Source of the DNA: an uncultured Pseudomonadota bacterium
Lineage (GTDB): Bacteria; Pseudomonadota; Alphaproteobacteria; Rs-D84
Assembly (NCBI GenBank): GCA_902798205.1
Contig: CADBVV010000001.1
Location: 69,621-133,620, forward strand
Direction of reading: 5' to 3'
DNA length: 64,000 bases
Numbering within the stretch: position 1 is the first letter of the stretch; each line of letters begins with the position of its first letter. The notes under the pieces were generated by a model. The model did not search any database. It saw only the letters and a list, made by a program, of their open reading frames with translations, and was not told where the DNA came from. Shown here piece after piece: positions 62,481 to 64,000 of the stretch. The position numbers and the translations under genes are program-made.

Positions 62481-64000
62481 TTATATCCGTTCGAACATTT
62501 CATCCAATTTTGATATTGGAATAACCCGATAAACCGGGCGTCCATGGTTGCATTCGCCGCCATGTTCTGTGCGTTCGATATCGCGTAAAAGTGCGTCCAT
62601 TTCCGCCATATTTAATTTGCGCCCTGCACGTACAGAATGATGGCATGCATAATTTGCCAACTTTAAATGTAATTTTTCTTGAACACGCGAAGAATGTCCG
62701 TATGCACGCACTTCGTCTGCGATTTCTTGGAAACATTTTTCCCAATTCAAATCCCAATCGACTGGCTTTTCAAAAATTGCTATTGCGCCATCACCAAAAG
62801 AATCTATCTGTAAACCGCATTGTTTTAAATCGTCTTTTATTACCAAAACAGATTCAGCATCTTCGCTTTTTAATTTAACAACAATTGGCGCCAATAATGG
62901 TTGTGTTTTAATTTCATGTTTTCTTAATTTTTCATATGTAATACGTTCGTGTGCTGCATGTTGATCAACAATAACAAAGCCATCTTTGTTTTCTGCCAAT
63001 ATATATTTATTGTTTAATTGCCCGATCACACGTCCCAATGGCAAATCAAAAGCGTCCGGTTCAAACACATTTTCCACTTTGTCCGCTGGTCTGACATTAT
63101 TATTAAATGTTGTATCTGCAACAAACGAACGCGCAAAAGAATTTTCAGATTGAATATTGGATGCACTGAAATATGTTTGACGCGTCGGTGCCAATTTAAA
63201 ACCATTGTCTTGTTCGATTGTATTTTGTGTATTTAATTGGGAAACATTTTGATTTAATGTTTGTGATAAAACATCACGCAAAGTTTTAATTATAAATGCA
63301 CGAACATGTGTTGGTTCCAAGAAATGCACTTCTGTTTTCGCAGGCGACACATTAACATCAACATTACGTGATGGCATTTCCAAATATAATGCACAAAGTG
63401 GGAATTCACGCGCATGCATAACATCCATATATGCCGCACGCAATGCCGCAACCAAAACTTTATCTTTAACGGGACGGCCATTCACAAATAAATATTGATC
63501 CACAGATGATGCACGACGTAATGTTGGATTGGAAATATAACCATGTATGCGCATTTGTGATGATGAAGATGTTGCGTCAACCGGCAACATTTGTCCCCGA
63601 ACATCTTCGCCCATAACAGAAATTATACGTTCCAATAAATCCTGATTTTTTGGAAAACGCCATTTGTCGTTTAATACAAAACCAACGTCTACACGGGCCA
63701 TTGCCAATCTTTTTACAACATCTAAAACAGCCAACATTTCTGATTTATCAGAATTCAAAAACTTTAAACGCGCCGGTGTTTTTACAAACAAATTTGAAAC
63801 ACGAATACGGGTTCCGCTTTCCCATGCAGACGGACGTATTTCATTTGTATTTGCATCAAGACACCAACCGTTTGGTTCACCGTTTCTAAATGTATCTATG
63901 TTCATATCTGATACAGATGCGATTGATGGCAAAGCTTCACCACGAAATCCCATAAAATTAATATTCAACAAATCATCATCTGGTAATTTAGAAGTTGCAT
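62481..64000 (-). CDS. mutL: DNA mismatch repair protein MutL, 5'-truncated by the window edge
   Basis: The frame stays open to base 64000 (..ATSKLPDDDLLNINFMGFRGEALPSIA). The C-terminal dimerisation/endonuclease domain carries DQHAAHERI and ACHHSVRAG motifs. Confidence 0.9.
   Translation of the reverse strand, partial: ATSKLPDDDLLNINFMGFRGEALPSIASVSDMNIDTFRNGEPNGWCLDANTNEIRPSAWESGTRIRVSNLFVKTPARLKFLNSDKSEMLAVLDVVKRLAMARVDVGFVLNDKWRFPKNQDLLERIISVMGEDVRGQMLPVDATSSSSQMRIHGYISNPTLRRASSVDQYLFVNGRPVKDKVLVAALRAAYMDVMHAREFPLCALYLEMPSRNVDVNVSPAKTEVHFLEPTHVRAFIIKTLRDVLSQTLNQNVSQLNTQNTIEQDNGFKLAPTRQTYFSASNIQSENSFARSFVADTTFNNNVRPADKVENVFEPDAFDLPLGRVIGQLNNKYILAENKDGFVIVDQHAAHERITYEKLRKHEIKTQPLLAPIVVKLKSEDAESVLVIKDDLKQCGLQIDSFGDGAIAIFEKPVDWDLNWEKCFQEIADEVRAYGHSSRVQEKLHLKLANYACHHSVRAGRKLNMAEMDALLRDIERTEHGGECNHGRPVYRVIPISKLDEMFERI

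Overview
This is an AT-rich (about one-third G+C by eye), almost gap-free bacterial chromosome segment. Gene content suggests a reduced, probably host-associated, alphaproteobacterium-like lineage; that lineage call is inference only. I can support about 70 protein genes, 2 tRNAs with encoded CCA (Phe-GAA, Lys-CUU), and several GC-stem rho-independent terminators. I saw no rRNA, CRISPR, transposase or integrase. Most genes are housekeeping: gatA/gatB, miaB, tcdA, tatD, nlpD, tatA/B/C, lolA, nrnA, recJ, ftsL/ftsI, sufS/sufT/sufE, trxA, dksA, thrS, rsmE, rpoH, der, gltX, trmB, rarA, ftsK, ctpA, secD/secF/yajC and mutL. There are also many predicted outer-membrane beta-barrels. Six parts of the window look accessory or unusual. 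(1) A tightly packed four-gene cassette of signal-peptide proteins at 10311-14021 encodes a glycine-zipper-like protein, two Cys-containing paralogues and an S1-like serine protease. It lies downstream of nlpD, is bracketed by a ~396-bp direct repeat of the nlpD 3' end, and ends in a chimeric out-of-frame junction. A DUF560/Slam-like outer-membrane protein is encoded next to it on the opposite strand, with the two gene ends converging. This is my best candidate for an undescribed system. (2) A VirD4/TraG-type coupling protein has no virB genes in the window and is followed by two lipoproteins. (3) A large trimeric-autotransporter adhesin is split by a 2-bp insertion inside a repeat and is followed by an OmpA-like lipoprotein. 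(4) A four-gene operon encodes a membrane protein, an HNH-like protein lacking the general-base His, a SUKH/SMI1-like protein and an RHH protein. (5) ybeY and lnt form a single open reading frame. (6) Three small ORFs with basic tails sit between gatB and miaB. All functional calls rest on motifs read by eye from the supplied translations; no database search was possible.
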